Source: Basidiobolus meristosporus CBS 931.73 (taxonomy: Eukaryota; Fungi; Basidiobolomycota). From it: a stretch of 64,000 bases of DNA. This document shows positions 13,901-26,266 of this stretch, piece after piece; positions within the stretch are counted from its first letter, which is position 1, and each line of letters begins with the position of its first letter. The DNA lies in assembly GCA_002104905.1 (NCBI GenBank), contig MCFE01000023.1:62001-126000 (forward strand), read 5' to 3'. The position numbers and the translations under genes are program-made. Under the pieces are notes generated by a model. The model worked only from the letters and a program-made list of their open reading frames with translations. It was not told the origin of the DNA and did not search any database.

Positions 13901-14030
13901 CCAGTGGTGGTAGCTTCCAATGCAGAGTTATCTCCCAGATAAACCTTTCTTACAGGAATAGTCTTTAAGTTGCTGAACCAATCCTTTATACCACAAATAT
14001 GCTGTGATGCTCCAGAGTCCATATATCATT
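10970..14030 (-). pseudogene. copia pol (protease, integrase, RT, RNase H), frameshifted
   Basis: MDSGASQHICG (PR); WHRRLGH and VHSDICGPM...SDNGGEY (IN); YKARLVAKGYSQ and LYVDNL (RT); ALSTTEAKYMA and IDIQHHFVRE (RH). Confidence 0.95.
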
Positions 14031-14203
14031 CATTACTTTGGTTACTGGCACTCTCTTGTACAGTTACAAATAACTGTTCATCAGTAATTATAGTTTGCCT
14101 GCTCTAGTTTCTGTTTTTTGTCTGCTTGTTTCTTCTTGCATTCTCTTACCCAGTGTCCTGGCTTCTTACAGTAGTTACAGCGGCCGTGTTTTCTTTGGTT
14201 TTG

Positions 14204-14863
14204 TTACTTTCCCTTTTTGTCTGTATGCCTTTCTGAACTGAATAAAGCATTATCTTCAATTTTCTCTGCTTGATCATTATGTCTGAGTTCTTCATGGAGA
14301 AGTCTTCCTTTGACATAGTCTAAAGTCAAGTTGTCTTCTCTGCTTTCAAAAGAAAGTATCAGTGGCTCATACTCGTCTGGTAGGCTGCAAAGCAGACAGA
14401 GTATCTTTTCTTCATCATCTACACCAGCATTAATACTGTAAAGTTCTTCTGCAAGTGTCTCCATTCTGGTAATGAGTTGTGGCATGTCATCATCTGGCTT
14501 CTTCCTCATGTTGAAGAACTTTTGTTTCAAATAAAGCTTGCTCGATACTGACTTTGCTCTAAAGATCTTCTCTAAGGATTCCCATGCTGCTTTGGCAGTA
14601 TTTGAGGCATGGATTTGTCCAATGAAGAAGTCTTGCACATTGATGCATATGGCATTGAAGGCCTTTCTCTCCTTCTCTTGAAACTTCTCCACATCTTCTG
14701 TTGTTCCTTTGGGCTCAACTTCCTTTCCTGTTACTATGTTCCAAAGCTTTCTTTCCTCAAGGTGGATCTGCATCTTGATTCTCCAAAGTCTGTAGTTCTT
14801 CACATCAAGCCTCTCCTTTACAGTAAAGATGTTGGTATTACTTTGTTTGCAGGTAGAAGTCAT
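14204..14863 (-). pseudogene. copia gag (UBN2-type), followed in frame after TAA by zinc knuckle CNYCKKPGHWVREC
   Basis: ORF track 219 aa with RLDVKNYRLWRIKMQIHLEERKLWNIV and AWESLEKIF. Confidence 0.9.
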
Positions 14864-16273
14864 CTTTAGAATAGATTAAGGCAATTGGGGCTCATAACCT
14901 GTTGCAATTTAAGAAGTGATTTGGATATAAGGAACTTATCAAGAAATAGTGATAATAGCTGAACTGTTCTTTATTCATCAAAGAAGCTCAGTATTTATAC
15001 CTTTGTAGAAGTAATACAGCTGCAACACTAAGTAAGGAGGGTTTCTCAATATTCAGGAGCATTCTGTAACAGTTTCAGGGTTAGTACATAATGTTTGGTA
15101 ATAGTGCTAATTTGATCCTGACTATAGGGAATAATCATAAGATCATATATCTGGAGAAAATGGCAAAGTTAAGGCTGTAAATGAGTCCTACAGTGACTAA
15201 GACTAGTCTAGAATTGTTAAGTAAATTTTTAGCTGCTGAATGATACCAGATAGTCCAATATTTTAACATCTTCAAGAGCAGTGCTCAAGAAAATAAACAG
15301 GAATATTGCAAGAATTTATTACAAAAACTGGCAGATGAGGTGCTAGACCTTGCAGTACCAGCTGAAGACCAGGTCATGTGGGAACCTGTGAATGAACGGT
15401 GGCATAAAACCATTGGACTTCTGCCAAAGCTGTGGAACAAGAGTGTTACAGCAGAAATACCTATTGAGTGGTGGATTGTAATGGAGTTACTTGTTGAGTG
15501 TGGTGTTGGGCTTAATGCTATTGTAGAGTATAGTGACATGTATAGATCAATACAATTGGCAATTGAGGTACAACTAAAGTTTCAACAGAAATAAAACCAT
15601 TTGTATGCATGAAAAGTAAGAGAAACAGTTGAGTCAGGAAGTAAGGAGTGTGAAAAAGAGGCAATATCCAATCAATGCACACAATCATAGGAGTTAATAG
15701 AGTATCCAGGATCAAAAAGTGAGCAAATTGGCAAGGAACCAATCTACATATCTTATGGTGGAATTGCAACAGCATTTTGATGGTTCTCCTGCAAATAAAG
15801 TTACATTCTTGACAGTATCTAGACAATCTTTTTGCAAGATTTTCACAGCATATTAATGATCCTGAAGCATTCTACATTGAATTGGGCAGACCTAACCAGT
15901 CAATATATCCAATTGCCTTTTATTGTAAGAAAATTGACTGTGTTTTAGTTGTGACCTTGCAAAGTTTGGCTGGTAATATAGTTGCAGTACAGCAGATAAC
16001 TACTGGTCCTGTTAAGTGCTAATGTACCAACTTACCAAATGGTATTTCCTTCTTGAACCTCCACTGGTCCATTCAAATATTCCACTGTAGAAACAAATAT
16101 GTTTATTTGCTTACCCATTACTACCATGTCACTCCATATACATCTTGTATCAAAAAAGCAGTTGCCTCCTACTTACTGACATGTACATATGAGCATACAT
16201 ACCATAGTTTGCACACTTCTATCATCCCAAGTTTTGGCTTTTTGTTGCAAAAGTTACAAAGTTCTTACAAATT

Positions 16274-17006
16274 AGACTTGTTCTGTTGGATAGTGCCACA
16301 TTGAGCCATGGGTGCCAAATTATGCCATAGTGTGCCAGGGAGGCCAAGTGAGCCTAAACTTGGCCACAGAGTGTGAGCATAGCTCTGCATCTGCATGCAA
16401 AGCAGCCCTTGTGTTTTACCTGTTGTGTTGGAGAGAATCCATTTTTGACATTTTTTTGCGGATCAATGTTGTGCAGAATGTGTAAGAGCATGGAAGAACT
16501 GTAGACATGCATCAGGTACTCAATGCCTATGGCACTCTGAATCTAGCTTCTGTAGCTTGTAACATGTCACAAAAATGCGTGGCGCTATCTTGGTCCACTA
16601 ATACTATATGACACTACATTTAATTATTAGCCCTAAAGTAAGATCAATAGAAAGCACTTATAGTGCCAGAGAGTACCAGTGGACCAAGATAGTACCATGC
16701 ATTTTTGTGACATCTTACAAGCCACAGGAGCTAGATTCAGAGTGCCATGGGTATTGAGTATCAGATGCATATCTTTGATCCTTTTGTGCTCTAACACATC
16801 CTGCACAACATTGATCCGCAAAAAAACCTCAAAAAATGGATTTTCTCCTTCATTATAGGTGAAACACAGGGGCTACTTTGTATGAAGATGCAGAGCAATG
16901 TTTCCCACTCTGTGGCCTAGTATAAGCTCACTTGGCCGCTCTGGCACACTATGGCATCATTTGGCACTCCATGGCTCAATGTGGCACTATCCAACAGAAC
17001 AGGTCT
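16274..17006. mobile_element. Fold-back MITE, 733 bp, ATT target duplication
   Basis: Arms ~16274-16610 and ~16670-17006 are reverse complements; termini AGACTTGTTCTGTTGGATAGTGCCAC / GTGGCACTATCCAACAGAACAGGTCT; ATT at 16271-73 and 17007-09. Confidence 0.9.
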
Positions 17007-17559
17007 ATTGTATGTTGCTGGCAACATGTGCATCTTGCAAGCATATGCTTGGTTGCTGCCACTTTTGCCATGAATACCCCCTGAATATCAGTAAAGAACC
17101 TTTTGCCTCTTAGCCTATATATTCCATCTCTCAGCTGCATGCAACTCTCCCTTACATGTGCACTCTGGGTGCTGTTTGTGTGTATTTTGTATTGAATGGT
17201 GTAGAAATCAGCTTGTAACTAGGAAAAACCCAGCATACCATGGTTAGCTGTACTAGTTGAATTTGGCTGCTTGTTGTATGAAACACTACCTTGCATCAGT
17301 CAACTTTTACCCATATGTTGGAAATGCTCAGTTTCTTGATGCTGAATGCATAGGTGTTTACATATGCACATCTGTCCTCAGAATTTCCTAAAGATACCTG
17401 GCTGTCCCCCATGGGCTAACTCATTACATCCATTAAGGACTTCATGGTAATAGTCTGGATGAGATTGGTATGTAATACTATCTAACACTTGACTAGTCTT
17501 CCTGTCTCCCCACACATCTGCTCTGTACAATTCCTCCAAGAGGTGAAGTAAGACTTATT

Positions 17560-18289
17560 AGACTCACTCTGTGAAATAGTACCACATTCAGCCATGGGTG
17601 CTAAATAGTGCCATAGTGTGCCATCAAGATCAGGTTGACCCTTACATGGCCACAAACTGTGAAGCATAGCGCTTCATCTTCACACAAAGTAGCCACTGTA
17701 TTTCACCTGCTGTACTGGAGAAGATTCATTCTGTGACATTTTTTGAGATTAATGCTGCACCAAGCATGTAAGAGCACAGAAGGACTGAAGACATGCACTT
17801 GGTACTCAGTACCTGTGTTACTCTAAATCTAGCTCCAGAGGTTTTAAAAATGTCTCAAAGACTCATGGCACCATCCTGATCCACTAGTACAATCTGGCAC
17901 TACATTTAAATAACAGCCATAAAGTAAAGCCTATACAAAGCATGTATAGTGCCAGATAGAGCCAGTGGACCAATAAAGTGCAATATGTTCTTGTGACATA
18001 TTTCAAACCTTGGGAGCTAGATTCAGAGTGCCATAAGTCCTGAGTACCTAGCATATGACTTCAGTCATTCTGTGATCAGCCATGCCAGGTGAAGCATTAG
18101 TCCCCAAAAAAAGATCAAAAAGTGGATCTTTTCCAGCACAGTGGATAAAACCCAGGGGCTGCTATGCATGAAGATGAAGTATTATGTCTCACTCTGCATC
18201 CAAGTATAGGTCTGCTATGCAGCTCTGGCACACTATGGATTTATTTGGCACCAACACCACAATGCAGCACTGTTCAGTGGAACAAGTCT
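17560..18289. mobile_element. Fold-back MITE, 730 bp, second copy
   Basis: Same architecture; flanks ATT (17557-59) and AGT (18290-92). Confidence 0.85.
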
Positions 18290-18725
18290 AGTAGTTTCCT
18301 CACACCGGGCATGATAGATTGTAGTATAGCTGTTCAAATTCCCATTGTAAACTCAGGCATAAAATCTTTAGTTGCACCAAATTGGCAAGGATTATCTGCT
18401 TCTGCATAGACATTCCTGCAATGCTAACCATGACTCTTAAGGCTTTCTATTTATTCTTGGTAGAAATGGCTTCCAAAGGCCACTTGAATGAACGCATACC
18501 AAATTCATCCAGCCCTTATATTTGTAATGTTGCATATGAATATGAACATTGTTTGGAGTGCATGAGGTGTGCTTGAGATAACAGACATTCTGCAATATCT
18601 GCCAATTCTTTCACTTATCTCTAGTATATAAAGGCTCATTAGCTTAAAATCCCCAATACACATCTTGGACATCAAGTTCCCAGGCTAAACAGGCATTTAG
18701 GCCCAGATATCAGTGATATTACCAT

Positions 18726-21700
18726 TGTTACAAGTCTTCATATAAAAGTTTTAGGGGAACAGGGAGCCTAACTAGTATTGTATTTACTAAAACTTGAACT
18801 GATTGAGATTCAGGTTCCAGCAGCTTGTATACACTTAGGCAGATCAAATGCTGGTTAATTGTACTTACTAATGCATGTTGTGACTGATGACTCATTTGAT
18901 TGCATCATTATCACCCAATTAGTTCTGACTTAATATTTATCTTTTTTGATAGTGATCTGCTGATTTACATGCTGACTTATACTACTGAATTGATTGACAA
19001 TCACTGGTGTACAGATACACACAACAAAAAACTAACTGATTTGACTAAAAATTGGTGTAACATTAGCATCCAAGCATTAGAACATAACATTCTCTCCTAC
19101 TGAAGCTGCAAGGGCCGTCCTGAGCATCATTTCTTGCGGTACCATTATCTGCATGGCTTGCAAGCTAGAGTCTATCTAGATGAACTAAATCTTCTTGGCT
19201 GTCTGAGTTCATCCTCCAAAGTGTCTGTGAGCTGTAAATGTCCAAGATCTTCTGGAATTCTTGGTTCCAATCAATATATGCAGTAAAATTGCAATTGCTG
19301 GGTAGTGTTGTGTACTGTAACTCTGCAGGCAAATAGTGCATTGTCTGTATAGTCTTCTTATCCACTGATAGTTGTATTTGCACACCCTGTTCAGCATTTT
19401 TCCAAATTATTTATTAAGCCACTCTGTGACTCCATTTGCACTTTGTTGATATGCCAAAGTTTTCAGGTGTTTGATATGCTGCATTTTGAGGAAAGCTTCC
19501 AATGTCCTTGCCACAAAGCTTACTCCTATATCAGATAAGATCTTACCAGGGAATCCAAACTTTCACAGGATATCTTGGTAGATGAAATTTGGAACTTACT
19601 GCCTACTAGTTACTAGAGCAGCTTCAGCAACTAGCCATTCAATGGCCTGGTTTGGCACAATACTTGCAAAGGACTTGACAGGTTACAAGTAATAGGGTAC
19701 CATTCCAATAAATGATCTGAGCTCCAATATGCTATGTGGCTGCTTCCATTTGCGGGTAACTTCAGCCTTTGTTTGGTATAGGATCACCCCTGTGCTAGTC
19801 ATTATGTATCCAAGATATTCAATGTGCTTCTTTAAATAACTGACACTTTGTTGCCTTGCTACATACCCTTTTGCTCTTTTAGCTTTTTTAATACCTTTTC
19901 AATGTGCTGTTACAAGTCTTTGTATAAGAGTTGTTGAGGAAGAAGGAGTTTAGCTGGTACTTTATTCACTAAAATTTGAACCAGTTTTTATTGAGGTTCC
20001 AGCAGCTCCTTATATACATTTTGCCAGATCAAATCCTGCCTAACTGTATTTCCTAATGCAGGTTGTGGCTGATGACACATTTGATTGCATCATCATCACC
20101 CAATAAAATCCTACTTAATATATCTATATTGGTCTGATAAGGATCTGCTTATTCTTTTGCTGACTCATGCTACAGATTTGATAGATCACACTAACATGCC
20201 AAAAGGCTAAATATGTAACTAATTGATTTGACTACAAACTGATCCAACAGAAACATTCAAGCAGTAGATTGTAACACTCTTGCTTACTAAAGTCGAGAGG
20301 GTTCTCCTGAATCTCTTTTCCTGTGATACCAGAATCTTGCTGGTTCAGTATTGTTAACAAGTCTTGCAAGCTTGAGTCTGTCTCTATAAGCTAAATCTTC
20401 CCGGATATTCCCTAGTTTGTCCACTAGTTTGCAAGTTGCAAATGGAAAGTCTCTGACAATCTTAAATGGTACCATCCATTGTGGCTCAAACTTCTTTCAA
20501 GTGTTGTTTCTCAGGAATACAAAGCTCTTAACTGTCAATGCTTCTGGTGATATAGTTTTATCAAATCTCTGCTTCATCTTTTCTGCACTTTGAGATACTT
20601 TGGCCTATGCCTCATGATGTCTTTGTTCCAGCTGCAGATGTTGACTTGGCTTACTAAGCTCATCTTCTAAGGCATTTGTAAGCATTAGTTGTGTAAGATC
20701 TCCTGGAATCCCTGGTTTACATCCATACACTAAGCAAAATGGCAATTGTTGGGTGGTGTTATCTACTCTAACTCTTCATGCAAAGAGTACTTGGCCTATA
20801 CACTCATCCCATCTACAGACAGCTCCACTTGCATATTTGTTCAGCATTTTTCCAAATAATGCATTAAACCACTCAGCAACTTTATTAGTTCCAGGGTGAT
20901 ATGCCAAGGTTTTCATGTGTCTGATGTGCTTCAGTGCTAGGTAAGCTTCCAATGTTGTTGCCATAAAGTTGACTCCTCTATTGAATGGAATCTCTACAGG
21001 GCATGCAAACTTCATAAGGATTTCAAGGTAGATTAAACTTGCAACTTGTTGCTCACTGGATACAGGCAGGGCTTTAGCCACTGCCATTTAGTGGCCTGAT
21101 TATTTGCTACTAAAATCCAACAGTTGCATTTCCTGGTAATTGGCAGTCATCCAACAAAGCCAATTCCCCATTGTTCAAATGGTCTTACAGGCACCAAGGG
21201 AAAAAGTTCAGCAATTCTTGGAGGTTGTTCTTGGTTGATTAGGTATTTGGGCATGTTTTTGCTAGCTTTTTAATGTCTTGTTTCATTCTGGGCCACCATG
21301 CTCTAGCTTTCACAAGGCTATAGGTTCCTTCAACTCCAAGATGTCCATATCTATTGTGTAGCTTATGTATTAAATCCAGGCAAGTAACATAGAGGCAATG
21401 GGCAATAGGGCTTCCATCAACAATGTGGTAGAGTGTTTCATCCTATACCAAAAGTTTAATGGCTTCATCCTGGATTGTCTTCCTGATCTCTTCAAATGCC
21501 TCCTTAGGAAAGCCTTGGTCCTCCCAGTACTTTGGTAATAAGCTTAGCCAATTTAACTCATGTACCAAGTTGAGTTGTGCAACTTGTTCTAATCCTGATA
21601 AGACATCAGCAACTGTGTTGTTTTCCCAGGGTAGTAGACAATCTTCAAATTGAATTGCTAAATGTATTCACTCCATCTTTTAAATCTAATGGAGAGTACC

Positions 21701-24700
21701 ATCTGAGTAAATATACACCTGAGAGAGGCATGATTAGTCTTCACAGTGCATTTGACTTCTTCAGTATAGCATCCCCATAACTTCAAACAGTGTATTATAG
21801 CAAGCATCTCCTTCTCATTCACTGAATAATCTGGTTCTACTGAGTTCAGCTTCTTGGATTCAAAGGCAACAGGGTACTCCTTTCCCTTGTGTTCCAATTG
21901 CATAATCTGAAGGACCTGTGCACAGAGTAAACTCTTTTCTCAAGTTATGTATTCATAAGCTTGGCAGCTTAGCAAGTTCATTCTTTATCATCTGAAAAGC
22001 AGTCTCACAGGCTATGTCCCACTTGTAGGTATTTTCTTTGTTGAGGATATCAGTTAAAGGGGCTGCAAGACTTGCCAAGGACTTAACAAATCTCCAATAA
22101 TAGGAAACCATTTCAGGGAATGATCTAAGCTCTGATATGCTATGGGGCTGCTTCAGATTCTTGATAACTTCAACCTTCTTTGGGTCTGAGGTTACTCCTG
22201 TGCTAGTCACTATGTGTCCCAGATATACAACATGTTCCTTGCAGAATTCACACTTGGGTAGCTTGCCATAAAGCTTGTTCTCTCTTAGCTTCTTCAAGAC
22301 CTTTTCAATGTGCACCAAGTGATCCTCTTCTGTCCTGCTGTATATCAATATATCATCTAGGTAGATTGTGACAAGCTTGTCTAAGTACTCCTGGAAGACA
22401 GACTACATCAGGGTCATGAATGTTGCAGGGGCATTGGTGAGGCCAAAACCTATGACTATGTACTTGTAGTGTCCATATTTGGTCCTGAATGCCATCTTGG
22501 GGATGTCTTCTGGCCTCACTCTAATCTGGTTGTATCATGACATGAGGTCAATCTTGCTGAATACAGTGGCTTCATTGAGTTGGTTCAAAAGTTCATCAAT
22601 CCAAGGTATGGGGTACTTAATATACACAGTAACTTAGCTATCTGCTGTGTCAATGGCATGATGTAGATCTCTGACTGGTGGTGGGCTTGCAAGTTCATAT
22701 ACCAATAAGTTTGATTATTCCTTCAAAAGAGTCTAGACCATCTGGGTACTGGAGTAGAAAAATCCTCCTGTAATAACACCATGAGGAACATCTGAGTATC
22801 TTTTCTAAGTGCTCTAGAGAACTGTGTGTTGCCAAGTTCACTTGTTTTGCACACACTGGAATTGTCTAAGTTGAAATCCAGCCTGACAGGTAATAGCTCA
22901 TACATCTTGTTATCCTTCTGGATCTGAGTAGCATGGGTTCTCCAATGGATCAATGGACTACAACAAGATAGCCAGGATTTTCCAAGTACAAGGTCAAACT
23001 TGCAGTTCTCAAATATATAGGTCTTTAAGTCTTCTTCATAGTCATTGATCTTCATCCTCACCGGCTGAGTAATAAGGTTGATTATGGGAGAGCTCCCATC
23101 AGTTGTTGGAAAGAATTTGATATGGTGGGTTCCAAGCAGATTCCAGCCTTCAGATTAATTTGTTCTGGCATGTACTCATGCAATGCTCCTGGGTCAATCA
23201 TGCTTTTAGCAGGTACTCTGTTGATTACTCCATTCAAGTATAATAGCTTTCCTGAGTCTGAGATCATCTGAGATAGGTAGTCTTCTGTCATATGGAAGGT
23301 GAGCTCTGGTTCTTTTTCAGGTTTATCTTCCATGTTACTAAACTCAAGGTCTTCAATATGGCTGCAGGTTCTTGATGACTGCTGTACATTTCTTCTCAGA
23401 GGGCTGTACTTTACAATATGTCCCTGCTGGTGGTATTAAAGCAAAGTCCTTTCCTCTCACATTCTTTTGAGATAGGACTCCTCTGCATAGCATCTATTTC
23501 CATTGGCACTGGTTCTGATTGGCTTCTTTCATGGTGATTGTGGCCTTTGTGATTAGTCATTGTAGGGTTCCCAACTCCAAACATAGCTGAGTCATAGTCA
23601 ATGGCAATCTTGATGGCTTCTTCAAAAGTCTGAGGTCTTCAATAATTCACTTTCTTACAAGTTCTTCCTTTCAACCCATCAATAAAGTATTCCACTTGGT
23701 CTAGGGGGTCCATTCTTTCAATTTGTCCAAGTAGAAATCAATATTTGTAGATGTACACTTGACCTATTCCTCTCTGTCTGAGTGTCTTCAACTTTCTTCT
23801 TAGTAGTGTCCACTGGTGTGGAGGCTCCAAAGCATCCTGAATTTCCAACACAAACTCGTCCCAGGTAGATAATGCAAAGTATCCCATCATGGTGGCTGAT
23901 CTGATCTTGTTGTGGTACCACTGTAAAGCTGCATCTGTCAGGTAAGAGGCTGCATAATGTAACCTGCTTTCTGAAGCAATTCCCTTAGCCTTGAAAGCTG
24001 CTTCAATCTGGAAGAGCCAAGTTCCCAGGTTTTCATTGACACTACCATGGTACCAGTTGACCTTCACACCAAAGTTACTATTGACTGGGTTCTGCTGGTT
24101 CTGCACCATGGTGGTCATTCCTTGTTGCTTCTGGCTAAGGTTCTGCAGTAACTGTTGCTGTTGTGCCAGGATTTGCTGCATAGCATTCTTCCATTCTTGG
24201 TTTTCTGACATCTTGGGGGAGGCTCCTTTGTTCTTTAGGAGGGAGGTTTCTAGTTATTGCTGCTACCAATGTTACAAGTCATGGTATAAGAGTTGTAGAG
24301 GAATAGAGACTGTAGCTAGTATTATATTACTAAAACTTGAACTGATTTAATGTGGTTCCTGCAGCTCCTTATATATTTGGCCAGATCAATTGCTGACTAA
24401 TTGTATATCCTAATGTAGGCTGTGGCTGATGCCTCATTTGATTGCAACATCATCACCCAATAAGATCCTACTTAATTTATGTATTTCTCTCTGATAAGGA
24501 TATGTTGATTCATTTGCTAACTAATGCTACTGACTTGATAGATGACTCTGATATACCAATAGGCTAAACAAATAACTAACTAATTTGACTAAAACTGAAC
24601 TCACTTAGACATTCAAGCAGTAGATCATAACAGTACACCAAGTGATCCTTTTCTGTCCTACTGTATAATTACTTGTTATCTAGGTTGATCACCACAAGCT

Positions 24701-25810
24701 GGTGTAAGTATTCTTACAAGATGGTTTGCATCAAGGTCATAACTGTTGCCTGGGCATTGGCAAGGCCAAAACTCACCAAGAAGTACTTATAATATCCATA
24801 TCTGGTTCTGAATGCCATTTTGGAGATATCTTCAGGCTGCACTGTGATTTGATTGTGCCCAGACATGAGATTTATCTGGCTGGATATGGTGGCTCTTTTG
24901 AGTTGGTCAAAAAGCCCATTGACCTGTAGTATTTGGTACTTTTTTGTGTGGTAATTGATTTCCAGGCTCTGTAGTCAATGCACACGCTGAGTGCTCCATC
25001 CTGCTATGTCATAAAGAGCATCAGTGCTCTGCATTATGACTTGCTGGGCTTCATAAATCTGTTCTCCAATAGCTGATTCTTTTATCAATTCATTTCTTTC
25101 AGTTCTAGCGGACTCATTCTCCAAGGCATCTTGCCAACAGGAGGGCTATCCCTTGTGTTAATGGCATAATAAACTCCCTTGACTAGCCCTATGTTCTCAA
25201 GCGTATCTGAGAATATGTCTGAATACAACTTCAAAAGAGTCTGGACTTTCCAAGGAGCTGGGGTGGAGGAATCCCGCTGTTATACAGCCATGAGAAACAT
25301 CCTGGGACTCTTATGTGCTCTGCAGCACTGTGTTTATTAAATTCCCTTGTAGCATGCTCACTGGAATTAACCAAGTTGAAATCCTGTCTGTCAGTAGATA
25401 GCTCATGAATCTCATTGCCTTTTTGGATTCAAGCAGTACTGGTTCCCCAGTTGATTGATGGAGTACAACAGAATGGCCAGCTTTTTCCAGGTACTAGGCC
25501 AAATTTGCAGTTCTCAAATATGTAGACCTGCTGGTCTTCTTTATAGCCATTGATTGTAGTTCCTACTGGCTGAGTACTGTGGTTGACTAGTTGAGAGTTC
25601 CCATCAGCTGTTCAAACTGAATTTGATTTGATGAGCTCAATGCTGATTGCTGCTCTCAAGGCAAACCTAACTGACATATTCATGTGTGAGGCTCCTGAGT
25701 CATTCATGAACTTGGCAGACACCACATTGATTGTTCAATTCAGATGTAATGGCTTAACCAAGCTTGAGGTCATTTGCTACAAGTACCCTTTGGTCTAATT
25801 CAAGGCATGC
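18726..25810 (-). mobile_element. Outer degenerate Ty3/gypsy element (3' LTR 18726-19089, integrase, RT and protease remnants) split by a related element
   Basis: LTR similar to 19908-20276 and followed by the PPT complement TTCTCTCC; RT sequence is continuous across the insertion (CAATGTGC | ACCAAGTGATCC). Confidence 0.75.
19908..24632 (-). mobile_element. Ty3/gypsy LTR retrotransposon, full length, defective
   Basis: LTRs 19908-20276 and 24270-24632; PBS TGGTAGCAG (initiator tRNA-Met type); gag 23738-24211 (YLTDAALQWY); PR ~22720-23330; RT/RH ~21660-22620; IN ~20290-21400; TSD GTGC/GTAC. Confidence 0.92.
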
Positions 25811-25899
25811 TCTTAGTCCTCTTCATATTCATCCTCTGCATTACTATGCCCATGCATTCAACTGTCTTATATGGCAAGAAACTACAAGGTGCTCTCATA

Positions 25900-26266
25900 G
25901 GCACTTGGTAAACCTCTGCTGCCATTAGAACAGTAGAATGGTGGCCTACAGCTAATTCTCTACAATGCTAACTTACTAATTTACCAAATGGTGTTTTCTT
26001 TTCTACCTCCTCTTGTGCCATTTGAATACCCAACTGTAGAATCACTGCTGCTTACTTGCTACCCACTACTCCTGTGGGTATTCCACATGTAGCTCACATT
26101 GAAAAATGCTATGGACTCCAGCTTACTAATATCTATATACATGCACACTCATGGCAACTGACACACTACTATCACCTCAACTTTGCTGCCTTTTTGGTGA
26201 AATAATTGCATAGTGGCTCTATACCTTATATTTGATGGTAACATAAACATCTTGCAAACATATGCC
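25900..26266 (-). repeat. CACTA-like transposase tail fragment
   Basis: Homologous to 4990-5310. Confidence 0.6.

Larger units (their letters stand above)
10607..15268 (-). mobile_element. Ty1/copia LTR retrotransposon, family 1, full length, defective
   Basis: LTRs 10607-10975 and 14900-15268 (TG...CA); PPT at 10976-10984; PBS GGTTATGAGCCCC next to the 5' LTR; TSD ACTTC/TCTTC; order gag-PR-IN-RT-RH. Confidence 0.95.
4723..15700. mobile_element. Reconstructed CACTA/CMC-like DNA transposon (CCCTA terminus, transposase on minus, ORF-X on plus), interrupted by a gypsy fragment and a copia element
   Basis: Terminus CCCTATGAAAAATAATTT at 4723; transposase remnants 5150-6066 and 7870-8950; divergent ORF-X 9358-10606 resuming at 15269. 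Confidence 0.6.
15960..18600 (-). pseudogene. CACTA-like transposase 3' remnant interrupted by two MITEs
   Basis: Homologous to 5000-6060 (e.g. CATATGCTTGGTTGCTGCCACTTTTGCC at 17042; CGETGRLVKC in ORF 17482-17667). Confidence 0.6.

Noticed and set aside
20287-20475. Possible chromodomain at the gypsy integrase C-terminus
   Set aside because: Only a GPF/Y-type tail precedes the PPT; no chromodomain residues seen.
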